A stretch of 64,000 nt of DNA from an uncultured Solibacteraceae bacterium (GTDB lineage Bacteria > Acidobacteriota > Terriglobia > Bryobacterales > Bryobacteraceae). The notes below the pieces were generated by a model, which was given only the letters and a program-made list of their open reading frames with translations, was not told where the DNA came from and ran no database searches. The position numbers and the translations under genes are program-made. Below are positions 36,166 through 47,139 of this stretch, in pieces (within the stretch, counting starts at the first letter, position 1; each line of letters starts with the position of its first letter). Where the stretch lies: positions 1,464 to 65,463 of the forward strand of contig CAYRWE010000002.1 of assembly GCA_964427655.1 (NCBI GenBank), written 5' to 3'.

Positions 36166-37436
36166 CCGCGCGCCCGCTCACTGGCCGGATGCGCCCCGAC
36201 GGGGATGTGGTGGACCTCCGCGCCTATGAGCAGGCCGGCGGCTACCAGGGACTGCGCAAGGCGCTCGCCATGGCGCCCAAGGACGTAACCGAGGAAGTGA
36301 AGAACTCGGGCCTGCGAGGCCGCGGCGGCGCCGGTTTTCCGACCGGTATGAAGTGGAGCTTCACGCCCATCGGACCCAGCGCCCCGCGTCCTAAGTACGT
36401 GGTCTGCAATGCCGACGAAATGGAGCCCGGCACGTTCAAGGACCGGTTGCTGATGGAGCGCGACCCGCACCAACTCATTGAGGGCATGATCATCGCCGGC
36501 CACGCCACCGAAGCCGAAGTAGGCTACGTTTTCATCCGCGGCGAATATCACCTCCCGGCGGCGCGCGTCCGCCAAGCGGTCGAAGAGGCGAGAGCGGCGG
36601 GCTACCTCGGCAAGAACATTCTAGGGTCGCCGCTCAGTTACGAAATCCACCTGCACCTCAGCGCCGGCCGTTACATGTGCGGGGAAGAGACCGGGCTGCT
36701 CAACGCGCTCGAAGGCAAGCGCGCCAATCCGCGCACCAAGCCGCCCTTCCCGCCGGTGGTGGGCGCCTTCGGAAAACCTACCGTGGTGAACAATGTGGAA
36801 ACGCTCTGCTGCGTGCCGCATATTCTGGCCAATGGCATAGACTGGTTCAAATCCCTGAGCCGGACCAAGGATGCCGGCAGCAAACTCTATGGCGCCAGCG
36901 GCAAGGTGAAGCGTCCCGGCCTGTGGGAACTGCCGATGGGCACCACGGTCGGCGAGATCCTCTTCGATCACGCCGGCGGAATGCAGGATGGCATCGCGCT
37001 GCGCGGCCTGCTCCCCGGCGGCGCTTCCACGGATTTCCTCACCCCCGAACATCTGAATACCCCGATGGACTTCACCGAAGTAGCCAAGGTGGGCAGCCGC
37101 ATGGGCACCGGAACAATGATCGTTCTGGACGATAAGACCTGCCCCGTCGGCATGGTGTGGAACCTGGAGCACTTCTTCGCGCGCGAATCCTGCGGCTGGT
37201 GCACGCCTTGCTGGAGCGGTTTGGGATGGGCGGATCGTCTGCTGGCGGCCATGGAGGAAGGCCACGGCGAGCCGGATGACATCGGCAAGCTCGAGCACAT
37301 CGCGCGTTTCTGCGCGCCCGGCAACACCTTCTGCGCGCTCGCGCCCGGCGCGGTCGAGCCGCTCCAAAGCGCGCTGAAATATTTTCGCGGCGATTTCGAA
37401 CGGCACATCGCCGAGAAGCGCTGCCCCTGGAGATAG
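36162..37436 (+). CDS. nuoF: NADH-quinone oxidoreductase subunit F
   Basis: GLRGRGGAGFPTG.KW, CNADE.EPGT.KDR, ESCG.C.PC. Confidence 0.95.
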   Translation: MTARPLTGRMRPDGDVVDLRAYEQAGGYQGLRKALAMAPKDVTEEVKNSGLRGRGGAGFPTGMKWSFTPIGPSAPRPKYVVCNADEMEPGTFKDRLLMERDPHQLIEGMIIAGHATEAEVGYVFIRGEYHLPAARVRQAVEEARAAGYLGKNILGSPLSYEIHLHLSAGRYMCGEETGLLNALEGKRANPRTKPPFPPVVGAFGKPTVVNNVETLCCVPHILANGIDWFKSLSRTKDAGSKLYGASGKVKRPGLWELPMGTTVGEILFDHAGGMQDGIALRGLLPGGASTDFLTPEHLNTPMDFTEVAKVGSRMGTGTMIVLDDKTCPVGMVWNLEHFFARESCGWCTPCWSGLGWADRLLAAMEEGHGEPDDIGKLEHIARFCAPGNTFCALAPGAVEPLQSALKYFRGDFERHIAEKRCPWR

Positions 37437-37437
37437 C

Positions 37438-40062
37438 ATGGCGACGGTGTACGTAGAGGGCCGGCCTTACAACATGAACGGGGCGCAGAATCTGCTCCAC
37501 GGCTGCCTCTCGCACGGCCTCAACCTGCCGTACTTCTGCTGGCATCCCGCCATGGGTTCGGTGGGAGCGTGCCGCCAGTGCGCCGTCAAGCAGTTCAAAG
37601 ACGAAGAGGATACCCACGGCCGAATCGTGATGGCTTGCATGACGCCCGCCTCCGAGAACGCCCGCATTTCCATCGCGGATAGCGAAGCTGTGCTGTTCCG
37701 GAAATCCATCGTCGAGGGTCTCATGATCCCGCACCCTCACGATTGCCCGGTGTGCGATGAAGGCGGCGAGTGCCACTTGCAGGACATGACCTACATGACC
37801 GGGCACGATTACCGCCGCTACCGCTTCGAGAAGCGCACCTTCCGCAACCAGGACCTCGGCCCTCTCGTGAATCACGAGATGAACCGCTGCATCCAGTGCT
37901 ACCGCTGCGTGCGCTATTACCGCGAGTACGCGGGCGGGCGCGATTTCGATTCTTTCGCGCTGCGCAACATCGTCTATTTCGGCCGCGCCGAAGACGGCAC
38001 CCTCGAAAACGAGTTCAGCGGCAACCTCGTTGAGGTCTGCCCCACCGGCGTCTTCACCGACAAGACGCGGCGCTTTCACTACACGCGCAAATGGGACCTC
38101 CAGTTTGGCCCTTCGATTTGCGCCCACTGCGGCGCGGGCTGCAACATCTCGGCCGCGGAGCGCTATGGCAGCCTGCGCAACATCGCCAACCGCTACAACC
38201 ACGAGGTCAACGGCTACTTTCTCTGCGACCGCGGGCGCTTCGGCTACGACTATGTGAACCGCGCCGAGCGCCTTCGCGAGCCGCGCCTGCGAGGCGAGCG
38301 CGTGAGCGCGGATGCGGCCCTCGAAGCGCTGCGCGGAATGGTGGAGCGCGGTGCCATCGGGATCGGCTCGCCCACCGCTTCGATCGAGAGCAATTTCGCG
38401 CTACGCCAACTGGTCGGCCCTGGGCGCTTCTACTGCGGCATGGACGATGCCGAATACGCGGCCGTGCGGGCCATGCTCTCTCTTCTGCGCGCGGGGCCGG
38501 CGCGAACGCCATCGCTCGCCGAAATCGAGCGCTGCGATGCCGTGCTGATCCTGGGCGAAGACCTTACCAACACCGCGCCGCGCTATGCGCTCTCGGTGCG
38601 GCAATCCGCGCGCCAGGCCACTTTTCGTTTGGCCGAGAAGCTGAAGATCCCGCTGTGGATGGATCAAGGCGTACGCGAGGCCGCCCAGGGCCTCAAGAGC
38701 CCGGTGTTCATGGCCACGCCCTCGGCCACGCGCCTGGACGACGTCGCCGCGCGCCTGTTCCACGCAGCTCCTAACGATATCGCGCGCCTCGGTTTCGCGG
38801 TGGCCCACGCGCTGGACCCCGCGGCTCCGGACGTTCCCGGTCTCGGCGCGGAGCCGGCCCACCTGGCTGGATTCATCGCCGAGGCTCTGCGCACGGCCGA
38901 GCGGCCTGTGGTGATCTCCGGGGCCAGCCTGCGCAACGAAGCCGTGGTGCGCGCGGCGGCGGCCGTAGCTCGCGCGCTGCATACAGCGGGAAAACCGGCC
39001 CTGCTCGCCTATGCCACCACTGAGAGCAACACCGCCGGGCTCGCCATGATGGAGCCGAAGCCGCTCGGAGATGCGCTGGTATCCGGCGCCGAAAACGTCG
39101 TAGTCCTTGAAAACGACCTGTACCGCCGCGCCGCGCGAGATCGCGTCGACCAGTTGCTGAATGGTGCAAAACTCGCCGCGCTCGATTTCCTTCCGAACGC
39201 CACCGTCGAACGCGCGGAGCTCGTGCTCCCCGCCGGAACCTTCGCCGAATCCGACGGCACATTGGTTTCGGGCGAAGGCCGCGCGCAGCGCTTCTTTCAG
39301 ACCTATGTTCCCGCGGGCGAGATCCTCGAAAGCTGGCGCTGGCTGGGCGGGCAAGCGTGGAGCAAATTGGACGACGTGATTTCCGCCCTGGCCGCCGCGC
39401 TGCCGCAATTCGGCCGCGTGCCGCAAGCGGCGCCCTCCGCGACTTTCCGCGCGGCCGGCGAAAAATTCCCGCGCGAGCCGCACCGCTTCAGCGGCCGCAC
39501 GGCCATGTACGCCAACATGACTGTGCACGAACCGCCGCCGCCCCAGGACCCCGATTCCGCGCTCAACTTTTCCATGGAAGGCGCCTCCACCCAGCCGCCG
39601 CCGGCGCTGATTCCGTTCTTCTGGTCGCCGGGGTGGAACTCCATCCAGGCAGTCAACCGTTTTCAGGATGAGATCGCTGGCGTGCTGAAGGGCGAAGTTC
39701 CGGGAGTGCGCCTGCTGGAACCTGGCGCTCCGCGGGGCGCCAGCGCAGCCGATGGACACGACGCCATCCCGCCGGCTTTTGCGCCGCGCGCGGATGAGTG
39801 GCTGCTGGTTCCGCTCTATCACATCTTCGGCTCGGACCCTCTGAGCATGGCGTCTCCCGCCACGGCGTCGCTCGCGCCCCAGCCCTATGTCGCGCTCAAT
39901 CCGCAAGACGCCGCGCGCCTGGGTGTCGCCGAGGGCCAGCCGGCCACAATCGGCGCGTGTCGCCTGCCGGTGCGCATCGTTGCGGAGCTACCCCGCGGTG
40001 TCGCGGGCCTGCCCGCCGGCCTGGTGCCGCCCGGCCCCGAATGGAGCAGGATTGCGCCATGA
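37438..40062 (+). CDS. nuoG: NADH-quinone oxidoreductase subunit G
   Basis: N-terminal 2Fe-2S/4Fe-4S cysteine clusters (CWHP..GSVGACRQC, HPHDCPVCDEGGECHLQD, CI.C.RCVR) followed by a molybdopterin-like domain. Confidence 0.95.
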   Translation: MATVYVEGRPYNMNGAQNLLHGCLSHGLNLPYFCWHPAMGSVGACRQCAVKQFKDEEDTHGRIVMACMTPASENARISIADSEAVLFRKSIVEGLMIPHPHDCPVCDEGGECHLQDMTYMTGHDYRRYRFEKRTFRNQDLGPLVNHEMNRCIQCYRCVRYYREYAGGRDFDSFALRNIVYFGRAEDGTLENEFSGNLVEVCPTGVFTDKTRRFHYTRKWDLQFGPSICAHCGAGCNISAAERYGSLRNIANRYNHEVNGYFLCDRGRFGYDYVNRAERLREPRLRGERVSADAALEALRGMVERGAIGIGSPTASIESNFALRQLVGPGRFYCGMDDAEYAAVRAMLSLLRAGPARTPSLAEIERCDAVLILGEDLTNTAPRYALSVRQSARQATFRLAEKLKIPLWMDQGVREAAQGLKSPVFMATPSATRLDDVAARLFHAAPNDIARLGFAVAHALDPAAPDVPGLGAEPAHLAGFIAEALRTAERPVVISGASLRNEAVVRAAAAVARALHTAGKPALLAYATTESNTAGLAMMEPKPLGDALVSGAENVVVLENDLYRRAARDRVDQLLNGAKLAALDFLPNATVERAELVLPAGTFAESDGTLVSGEGRAQRFFQTYVPAGEILESWRWLGGQAWSKLDDVISALAAALPQFGRVPQAAPSATFRAAGEKFPREPHRFSGRTAMYANMTVHEPPPPQDPDSALNFSMEGASTQPPPALIPFFWSPGWNSIQAVNRFQDEIAGVLKGEVPGVRLLEPGAPRGASAADGHDAIPPAFAPRADEWLLVPLYHIFGSDPLSMASPATASLAPQPYVALNPQDAARLGVAEGQPATIGACRLPVRIVAELPRGVAGLPAGLVPPGPEWSRIAP

Positions 40063-41012
40063 AATTCCTCCTGCCGCTCGCCAACATCTTCGGCATCCTG
40101 ATCGTCGCGCTTTCGCTCGCGGCGTTCCTGATCTGGTTCGAACGGCGTATGCTGGCGCTCTGGCAGGATCGCTACGGTCCCAACCGCGTGGGTCCGTTCG
40201 GCCTCGGGCAAGTGCTCGCCGACATGATCAAGATCTTTTTCAAGGAAGATTGGATCCCGCCCTTCGCCGATAAATGGGTCTTCATTCTCGCGCCCGCCAT
40301 CATCATGGCCACCGTGTTGATGTCGTTTTCCGTGCTGCCAATCGTTCCGGGAGTGGTGATCTCGCAACTGAATGTGGGCTTGCTCTTCGTGCTGGCGATG
40401 TCTTCGTTCGGGGTGTACAGCGTGGTGCTCGCCGGCTGGTCGTCGGACAACAAATACGCCCTGCTGGGCGCCCTGCGCGGTTCGGCACAGATGCTCAGCT
40501 ACGAGGTCTTCATGGGCTTGTCGTTGATGGGCGTGGTAATCCAGGCCGGCTCGTTCAACCTCGGCGACATCGTGCAGGCGCAGCGCGGGTTGTGGTTCGT
40601 GGTCCCGCAATTTCTGGGGTTCGTGCTTTTCCTGATCGCCGGAATCGCCGAGACGCGCCGTCTGCCGTTCGATCTCCCCGAAGCCGAAAGCGAGATCGTG
40701 GCCGGCTATCATTCCGAGTATTCCGGCATGAAATTCGGCATGTTCTTCGTGGGCGAATATCTCGGCGTGATCCTTATCTCTTCGCTGATCACGGTCTTCT
40801 TTTTCGGCGGCTGGCTGGGGCCCGTCCTGCCGCCCATCGTCTGGTTCTTTGTGAAGGTGTTTGGGTTGATCAGCTTCTTCGTGCTGCTGCGCGCCTCGCT
40901 GCCGCGGCCGCGCTTCGATCAGCTTATGAGCTGTGGATGGAAGCTGATGCTGCCGCTGGCGCTTGCCAACCTGCTCGTCACGGGCGCGGTGGTGCTCTAC
41001 TTCGGGAGGTGA
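40059..41012 (+). CDS. nuoH: NADH-quinone oxidoreductase subunit H
   Basis: [23 protein letters not shown]...; ATGA overlap with nuoG. Confidence 0.95.
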   Translation: MKFLLPLANIFGILIVALSLAAFLIWFERRMLALWQDRYGPNRVGPFGLGQVLADMIKIFFKEDWIPPFADKWVFILAPAIIMATVLMSFSVLPIVPGVVISQLNVGLLFVLAMSSFGVYSVVLAGWSSDNKYALLGALRGSAQMLSYEVFMGLSLMGVVIQAGSFNLGDIVQAQRGLWFVVPQFLGFVLFLIAGIAETRRLPFDLPEAESEIVAGYHSEYSGMKFGMFFVGEYLGVILISSLITVFFFGGWLGPVLPPIVWFFVKVFGLISFFVLLRASLPRPRFDQLMSCGWKLMLPLALANLLVTGAVVLYFGR

Positions 41013-41016
41013 AACG

Positions 41017-41532
41017 ATGTTCAGTAATTTGCGAACCATCTGGAGCGTCTTCCTGCACATGTTCCGTAAGCGCGTCACCGTGCAGTATCCCGAGCAGAGG
41101 GTGCCGCTCCCGCCGCGCTCGCGCGGGCGCATCATTCTCTCGCGCGACCCCGATGGCGGCGAGCGTTGTGTGGCCTGCTATCTCTGCGCGGTTGTTTGCC
41201 CCGTGGATTGCATCGCGCTGCAGGCCACTGAGGACCCCGCCGGCCGCCGCTACCCGGAGTTCTTCCGCATCAATTTTTCGCGCTGCATTTTTTGCGGCTT
41301 TTGCGAGGAGGCCTGCCCCACTTATGCCATCCAGCTCACGCCGGATTTCGAGATGAGCGAATATCATCGCCGCAACATGGTTTACGAGAAGGAAGACCTG
41401 CTCATCGATGGTCCCGGCAAATATCCCGGCTACAATTTCTGGCGCGTCTCGGGCGTCTCGATCGGCGGAAAAGATAAAGGCGCGGCCGAGCGCGAGGCGG
41501 CTCCCGTGGACCTGCGGAGCCTGCTGCCCTGA
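41017..41532 (+). CDS. nuoI: NADH-quinone oxidoreductase subunit I
   Basis: Two CxxCxxCxxxCP ferredoxin motifs ([24 protein letters not shown]). Confidence 0.95.
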   Translation: MFSNLRTIWSVFLHMFRKRVTVQYPEQRVPLPPRSRGRIILSRDPDGGERCVACYLCAVVCPVDCIALQATEDPAGRRYPEFFRINFSRCIFCGFCEEACPTYAIQLTPDFEMSEYHRRNMVYEKEDLLIDGPGKYPGYNFWRVSGVSIGGKDKGAAEREAAPVDLRSLLP

Positions 41533-41533
41533 T

Positions 41534-42127
41534 ATGCAATTCGCCTTCTACATCGCCGGTGGCGTAGCGGTCGTCGCCACGTTGCTGGCTATCACGCGGC
41601 TGAGTGCCGTGCACGCGCTCTTGTATCTGGCGGTCTCGCTGGTGGCCGCCGGCGTGGTCTTCTACACGCTGGGCGCGCCCTTCGTGGCGGCGCTCGAACT
41701 CGTCGTCTATGCCGGGGCCATCATGGTGCTGTTCGTTTTCGTGGTGATGATGCTGAACCTCGGCAGCCGCGCCACCGAGGCCGAGCGGGCGCTGGTGACG
41801 CGCGGCGCATGGACCGGGCCGCTGGCGCTGGCGATCGTGCTGTTGGCGGAGATGGCGTATCTCGCGCTACGGGCTAAGACGGGCGCGCACTCGGGAACAA
41901 TGGTCGAACCGAAACAGGTGGCGCTGGCGCTCTACGGCCCTTACGCTCTGGGGGTGGAACTGGCGTCCATGCTGCTGCTGGCGGGCCTCGTGGCCGCGTA
42001 TCACCTGGGCTGGCGCCGCAGGTCGGAAATGGAGAAAGAGGATGCCGTCAATACCGATCGGACACGGGCTGATTCTGGCCGGGATCCTGTTCACGCTGGG
42101 GATGGTCGGCTTGCTCGTACGCCGTAA
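41534..42127 (+). CDS. nuoJ: NADH-quinone oxidoreductase subunit J (frame runs 86 nt into nuoK)
   Basis: [25 protein letters not shown]......[34 protein letters not shown]. Confidence 0.9.
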   Translation: MQFAFYIAGGVAVVATLLAITRLSAVHALLYLAVSLVAAGVVFYTLGAPFVAALELVVYAGAIMVLFVFVVMMLNLGSRATEAERALVTRGAWTGPLALAIVLLAEMAYLALRAKTGAHSGTMVEPKQVALALYGPYALGVELASMLLLAGLVAAYHLGWRRRSEMEKEDAVNTDRTRADSGRDPVHAGDGRLARTP

Positions 42128-42350
42128 CGTGGTCTTTCAATTGATGTCGATCGAGATCATGCTCAACGCCGCGGGTCTCGCGTTCATCGTGGCCGGCGCG
42201 CGCTGGAGCCAGGCGGATGGGCAGGTGATGTTCCTCTTCATTCTGGCCATGGCGGCGGCGGAAGTCTCCGTCGGCCTGGCCTTGGTCCTGCTGCTCTATC
42301 GCACTCTGCACTCGCTCGATTCCGACCGGGCAAGCAGCATGAAGGGCTAA
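42042..42350 (+). CDS. nuoK: NADH-quinone oxidoreductase subunit K
   Basis: [41 protein letters not shown]. Confidence 0.95.
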   Translation: MPSIPIGHGLILAGILFTLGMVGLLVRRNVVFQLMSIEIMLNAAGLAFIVAGARWSQADGQVMFLFILAMAAAEVSVGLALVLLLYRTLHSLDSDRASSMKG

Positions 42351-42351
42351 C

Positions 42352-44220
42352 ATGTTCGACCTGCTCTGGCTGGTTCCCGCCATCCCCTTCTTCGGCGCGG
42401 CATTTCTGCTGCTCTTCGGCTCGCGGCTGCCGCGCGCCGTGGCTGGGTTCGTGGGTTGCGCGTCCATCGGCGCCTCCGCCGTGATCGCCGGCCTCATCGC
42501 CGCGCAATATCTTTCCGCGCCGCCGCCCGGCAACGCCTACGAGCAGACGCTCTGGACGTGGATCTCCGTAGACGGCTTCCGCCCCGCGATCGCCTTCTAC
42601 CTGGACGCCCTCTCGCTCGTGATGATGGCGGTGGTCACCTTCGTTGGCTTTCTTATCCACGTCTACTCCACCGAATACATGGCCGGCGACGAAGGCTACA
42701 GCCGCTACTTCGGCTACATGAACCTCTTCGTGGGTTCCATGCTCACGCTGGTGCTGGGGAACAACCTGCTGCTGCTCTTTCTCGGCTGGGAGGGCGTGGG
42801 CCTGTGCAGTTACCTGCTCATCGGCTTCTGGTATCGCGATCCGGCCAACGGTTATGCCGCGCGGAAAGCCTTCATCGTGACGCGCGTGGGCGACACCGCG
42901 ATGACCATCGGGCTTTTCGTTCTCTTCTATGGCCTCGGTACGCTCGACATTCAGGAGATGCTGCGGCGCGCGGATGCGCAGTGGCCCTCAGGGACGGCCC
43001 TGCCGGTGGCCGCCGCCGCTCTGCTGCTCGGCGGCGCGCTCGGCAAATCCGCGCAATTGCCGCTGCAAACCTGGCTGCCGGACGCCATGGCCGGCCCCAC
43101 CCCCGTCTCCGCCCTGATCCACGCCGCCACCATGGTCACCGCGGGCGTCTATCTCATCGCCCGCACCCACAACCTCTTCCAGCTCGCGCCGCCGGTGATG
43201 CTGGCCGTCGCGGTAATCGGCGCGGCCACCCTGATCGTCGCGGGCCTCAGCGCCCTCACGCAGAACGACATCAAGCGCACCCTCGCCTATTCCACCATTA
43301 GCCAGATCGGCTACATGTTCCTGGCCCTGGGCGTGGGCGCGTGGGGCGCTGCCATGTTCCACTTCTTCACCCACGCCTTCTTCAAGGCGCTGCTCTTTCT
43401 CGCCGCAGGCGTGGTGATTGAGGCCCTGCACCACGAGCAGAATATGTTTCGCATGGGGGGACTGCGGCGCGAATTGCCCATCGCCTTCTGGGTCTTTCTG
43501 ATCGGAGGCTCGTCGCTTTCCGGCCTGCCGTTTGTGACAGCCGGTTTCTTCAGCAAAGATCTAATCGTCTGGAGCACCGCCGCTTCGCAATACGGCAGCC
43601 GCGCGCTGTGGGCCGCCGCGGTGGCCGGCGTCGTGCTCACGTCGCTCTACACGTTCCGGCTCATCTTCCTGGTATTCTTCGGACCACCGCAAGGCCACGT
43701 CGTCAAGCGGCCTGGCGCGGCTGAGCAGATCCCGCTCTACGTGCTGGCGGCGCTTTCGATCTCCGCGGGCTGGATCGGCGGCGGCTTCGAGCGGCTGATC
43801 GGAACCGCGCTTCCCGCGCTCTCCGCGCTCAATCCCCTGCCCCTGACGGAATCCGCCTCCGGAATCGCCGCGGCGGCTGCCTTCGCCGCCGGCCTCGCGC
43901 TGGCGTGGCTCTTCTATATCCATCGCCGCGAATGGGCCGTGGCTGCGGCGGCCAGCGGCTTCCAACGCGCGCTCCATCAGTGGTGGTACGCCGATTGGGG
44001 AATGGATTGGCTCTACGACCGCCTCTTCGTCCAGCCGTTGCTGACGATCGCGCGCATCAACAAATCCGATCTCGTGGACGCCTTCTATCGCAGCCTCGCC
44101 TGGTGCGGCCGGCTCGCGTGGAGCGCGCTCAGTGCCACCGAATCGGGGCGCGTGCGCTGGTACGCCACCGGCATCGTTACGGGAGCCATCGTCTACATGG
44201 CGCTGGTGATGTTCCTATGA
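42352..44220 (+). CDS. nuoL: NADH-quinone oxidoreductase subunit L
   Basis: 622 aa antiporter-like subunit (LGWEGVGLCSYLLIGFW..., KSAQLPLQTWLPDAMAGPTPVSALIHAATMVTAG). Confidence 0.95.
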   Translation: MFDLLWLVPAIPFFGAAFLLLFGSRLPRAVAGFVGCASIGASAVIAGLIAAQYLSAPPPGNAYEQTLWTWISVDGFRPAIAFYLDALSLVMMAVVTFVGFLIHVYSTEYMAGDEGYSRYFGYMNLFVGSMLTLVLGNNLLLLFLGWEGVGLCSYLLIGFWYRDPANGYAARKAFIVTRVGDTAMTIGLFVLFYGLGTLDIQEMLRRADAQWPSGTALPVAAAALLLGGALGKSAQLPLQTWLPDAMAGPTPVSALIHAATMVTAGVYLIARTHNLFQLAPPVMLAVAVIGAATLIVAGLSALTQNDIKRTLAYSTISQIGYMFLALGVGAWGAAMFHFFTHAFFKALLFLAAGVVIEALHHEQNMFRMGGLRRELPIAFWVFLIGGSSLSGLPFVTAGFFSKDLIVWSTAASQYGSRALWAAAVAGVVLTSLYTFRLIFLVFFGPPQGHVVKRPGAAEQIPLYVLAALSISAGWIGGGFERLIGTALPALSALNPLPLTESASGIAAAAAFAAGLALAWLFYIHRREWAVAAAASGFQRALHQWWYADWGMDWLYDRLFVQPLLTIARINKSDLVDAFYRSLAWCGRLAWSALSATESGRVRWYATGIVTGAIVYMALVMFL

Positions 44221-45707
44221 TCCTGCTCGCTTTCCTCATCGTGCTGATGGCCGGCGGAATTCTGGCCTGGCTGGTGGCCCGCTGGAGCGTCACGGGCGCG
44301 CGCTCCATTGCGCTGGCCGCGGTGGCCCTCGATTTCGCGCTGAGCCTCTGGCTGTGGGCCGGCCATCTGGGCCGCTTCGACCCGTTCGCGCATAGCGGCT
44401 GGATCGAAGAGCTGGATTGCGCCTGGATCCGGCCATTCGGCATTCACTTCCACCTCGCCATGGATGGGCTGAGCCTGCTCCTGGTCGTCCTCACCTTCTT
44501 CCTCGGCATTCTTTCGGTGCTGGCCTCCTGGACGGAAATCACCGAGGCCGCCGGCTTCTTCCACTTCAACCTGCTGTGGATTCTGGCCGGTATCACGGCG
44601 GTCTTCCTGGCCATGGACCTGTTCCTGTTCTACTTCGCGTGGGAAGTCATGCTGATTCCCATGTACTTTCTGATCGCGTTGTGGGGCCACGAAAACCGCG
44701 TCTATGCGGCCCTGAAGTTTTTTCTCTTCACGCAGATCAGCGGCCTGCTCATGCTGGTCTCGATTCTGGCGCTCTATTTTGCCCACCACGCCTCGACGGG
44801 AGTGTTCACTTTCGAGTATCGCGACCTGCTGGGCACGGCGCTCCCGGCCGGCACGTCCCTGTGGATCATGCTGGGATTCTTCATCGCCTTCGCGGTGAAA
44901 CTGCCGGTCTTTCCGTTCCACCCCTGGCTGCCCGATGCGCATACCGAGGCGCCTACGGCCGGCAGCGTCATCCTGGCCGGCTTGATGCTCAAGACCGGCG
45001 GCTACGGCCTGATTCGCTTCGTCGCTCCGCTTTTCCCGGATGCCGCCCGCGCTTTCGCGCCGGTAGCCGTAACACTGGCCGTGATCGGAATCTTATACGG
45101 CGCCCTCATGGCCTTCGCGCAAACGGACCTCAAGCGGCTGGTGGCCTACACCAGCGTGAGCCACCTCGGTTTCGTTCTGCTGGGCGTCTTTTCCTGGAAC
45201 AGGCTGGCTCTGCAGGGTGCCGTGATCACGATGGTGTGTCACGGCATCAGCACGGGCGGCCTATTCGTGCTCGTCGGCGCGTTGCAGGAGCGCATTCACA
45301 CGCGCGAAATGGCGCGCATGGGCGGTCTGTTTGCGACCATCCCGCGCTTCGGAGGCGCGGCCATGGTCTTTGCGCTCGCCTCGCTGGGGTTGCCCGGCCT
45401 GGGAGATTTCGTGGGCGAGTTTCTGGTTTTGCTGGGTGCCTGGCGCGTGTATCCGGTGGCCACGATATTCGCGGCTTGCGGCGTCCTCGCGGCCACCTTC
45501 TATGCCCTGCGCTTGATTCAGGGCGCGTTTCAAGGCCCGAATGTGCACGACTGGCGGCTGCCGGATCTCTCGTGGCGCGAAACCCTCGTGGCGGGCGGCA
45601 TGATCGCCGCGCTCCTCTGGCTGGGCTTCTACCCGCGCCCCGTGGTCGACACTTTCGCACCCGCCTTGGACCGCCTGCAACAGGTGAACCTCTATTCCCG
45701 CAGGTGA
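44217..45707 (+). CDS. nuoM: NADH-quinone oxidoreductase subunit M
   Basis: Antiporter-like subunit (FAVKLPVFPFHPWLPDAHTEAPTAGSVILAG..LK.GGYG); ATGA overlap with nuoL. Confidence 0.95.
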   Translation: MILLAFLIVLMAGGILAWLVARWSVTGARSIALAAVALDFALSLWLWAGHLGRFDPFAHSGWIEELDCAWIRPFGIHFHLAMDGLSLLLVVLTFFLGILSVLASWTEITEAAGFFHFNLLWILAGITAVFLAMDLFLFYFAWEVMLIPMYFLIALWGHENRVYAALKFFLFTQISGLLMLVSILALYFAHHASTGVFTFEYRDLLGTALPAGTSLWIMLGFFIAFAVKLPVFPFHPWLPDAHTEAPTAGSVILAGLMLKTGGYGLIRFVAPLFPDAARAFAPVAVTLAVIGILYGALMAFAQTDLKRLVAYTSVSHLGFVLLGVFSWNRLALQGAVITMVCHGISTGGLFVLVGALQERIHTREMARMGGLFATIPRFGGAAMVFALASLGLPGLGDFVGEFLVLLGAWRVYPVATIFAACGVLAATFYALRLIQGAFQGPNVHDWRLPDLSWRETLVAGGMIAALLWLGFYPRPVVDTFAPALDRLQQVNLYSRR

Positions 45708-45711
45708 CGTT

Positions 45712-47139
45712 ATGCAAGCCCAAGACTTCGTTTCCATCCTGCCGCTGATCGTGCTCGCCGCGACCTCCATCCTGGTGATGGCCGCGGTGGCCATTCGCCG
45801 CAGCCACGTCGCCAGCCTCTTGATTACGGTCGCGGGACTGAGCGTCGCACTCGCCGCCTTGGGACCCTCCTCCTCGGCCGCGCCCCGCCACGTCACGCCG
45901 CTTTTTATCATCGACGGCTATGCACTCTTCTTCACCGGTCTGATTCTCGCGGCGAGTATCGCTACCGCCGTGCTGTGCTATGGATATCTGGAGCGTCACG
46001 ATATCGACCGCGACGAGATGTACGTGCTCCTGCTGATCGCCACCCTGGGCGCCGCGGTGCTGGCCTCCAGCAGCCACTTCGCGTCATTCTTCCTCGGCCT
46101 CGAACTGCTCAGCGTGCCTTTGTACGGGATGATCGCCTATCTCCGCCACGGCCGCGAATCCATCGAGGCGGGAATCAAGTATCTGATCCTCGCCGCGGCG
46201 GCTGCGGCGTTCCTTCTGTTCGGGATCGCGCTGGTGTACGCCGAAACAGGCTCGCTCGCATTTGCTCCCTTAGGAGCCGTGCTGGCGGCCGATGGCCGGC
46301 GCGGATTGCTGCTGCCCGCCATGGCGCTGATCGTCACCGGCATCGGCTTCAAGCTGGCGGTGGTGCCCTTCCACATGTGGACGCCGGACGTCTACGAGGG
46401 CGCGCCCGCGCCCGTCAGCGCCTTCATCGCGACCGTTTCGAAAGGTGCCATGGTGGCGCTCTTGATGCGCTATTTCCATGTTTCGGGATTGCGCGAGACG
46501 GCTGAAATCCGGACACTCTTCGCTGTCATCGCGATCGCATCCATGGCGGTCGGAAATCTGCTCGCGCTCATGCAGACTAACGTGAAACGGCTGCTGGCCT
46601 ACTCTTCGATCGCGCATCTCGGCTACATCCTGGTGGCCTTCCAGGCCGGCGGCGCGCGCGCCATGAACGCCGTTGCCTTTTATTTGGTCGCGTATTTCGT
46701 GACGATGCTAGGAGCCTTCGGGGTGGTCACGGTACTCTCCAACGCTGAGAGAGACGCCGACGAGATGGAGGAATATCGCGGGCTTTTCTGGAGCCGCCCA
46801 GTACTGGCAAGCGTCTTCGCGGCCATGCTGTTTTCGCTGGCCGGTATGCCGCTCACCGCCGGATTCGTGGCCAAGTTCTTTGTGGTAGCGGCCGGCGCAT
46901 CGTCCGCGATGTGGGTCCAGATTCTGGTGCTGGCAGTGACCAGCGGAATTGGCGTCTTCTACTACCTGCGGGTAATCCTGGCCCTTTTCGCGGCCGAGCC
47001 TCAGGCCGAAGCCGTCCGCCCGCATCCGTCCCTAACGCCAGCCTGCATAATCTTGGGACTCCTCACCGCCGCGCTGGTATGGCTCGGAGTCTCCCCCGGC
47101 CTCATGCTGAAGCTGATCGCCAGGTGGGGCATGCTTTAG
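45712..47139 (+). CDS. nuoN: NADH-quinone oxidoreductase subunit N
   Basis: Antiporter-like subunit (GFKLAVVPFHMWTPDVYEGAPAPVSAFIATVSK); last gene of the operon. Confidence 0.95.
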   Translation: MQAQDFVSILPLIVLAATSILVMAAVAIRRSHVASLLITVAGLSVALAALGPSSSAAPRHVTPLFIIDGYALFFTGLILAASIATAVLCYGYLERHDIDRDEMYVLLLIATLGAAVLASSSHFASFFLGLELLSVPLYGMIAYLRHGRESIEAGIKYLILAAAAAAFLLFGIALVYAETGSLAFAPLGAVLAADGRRGLLLPAMALIVTGIGFKLAVVPFHMWTPDVYEGAPAPVSAFIATVSKGAMVALLMRYFHVSGLRETAEIRTLFAVIAIASMAVGNLLALMQTNVKRLLAYSSIAHLGYILVAFQAGGARAMNAVAFYLVAYFVTMLGAFGVVTVLSNAERDADEMEEYRGLFWSRPVLASVFAAMLFSLAGMPLTAGFVAKFFVVAAGASSAMWVQILVLAVTSGIGVFYYLRVILALFAAEPQAEAVRPHPSLTPACIILGLLTAALVWLGVSPGLMLKLIARWGML

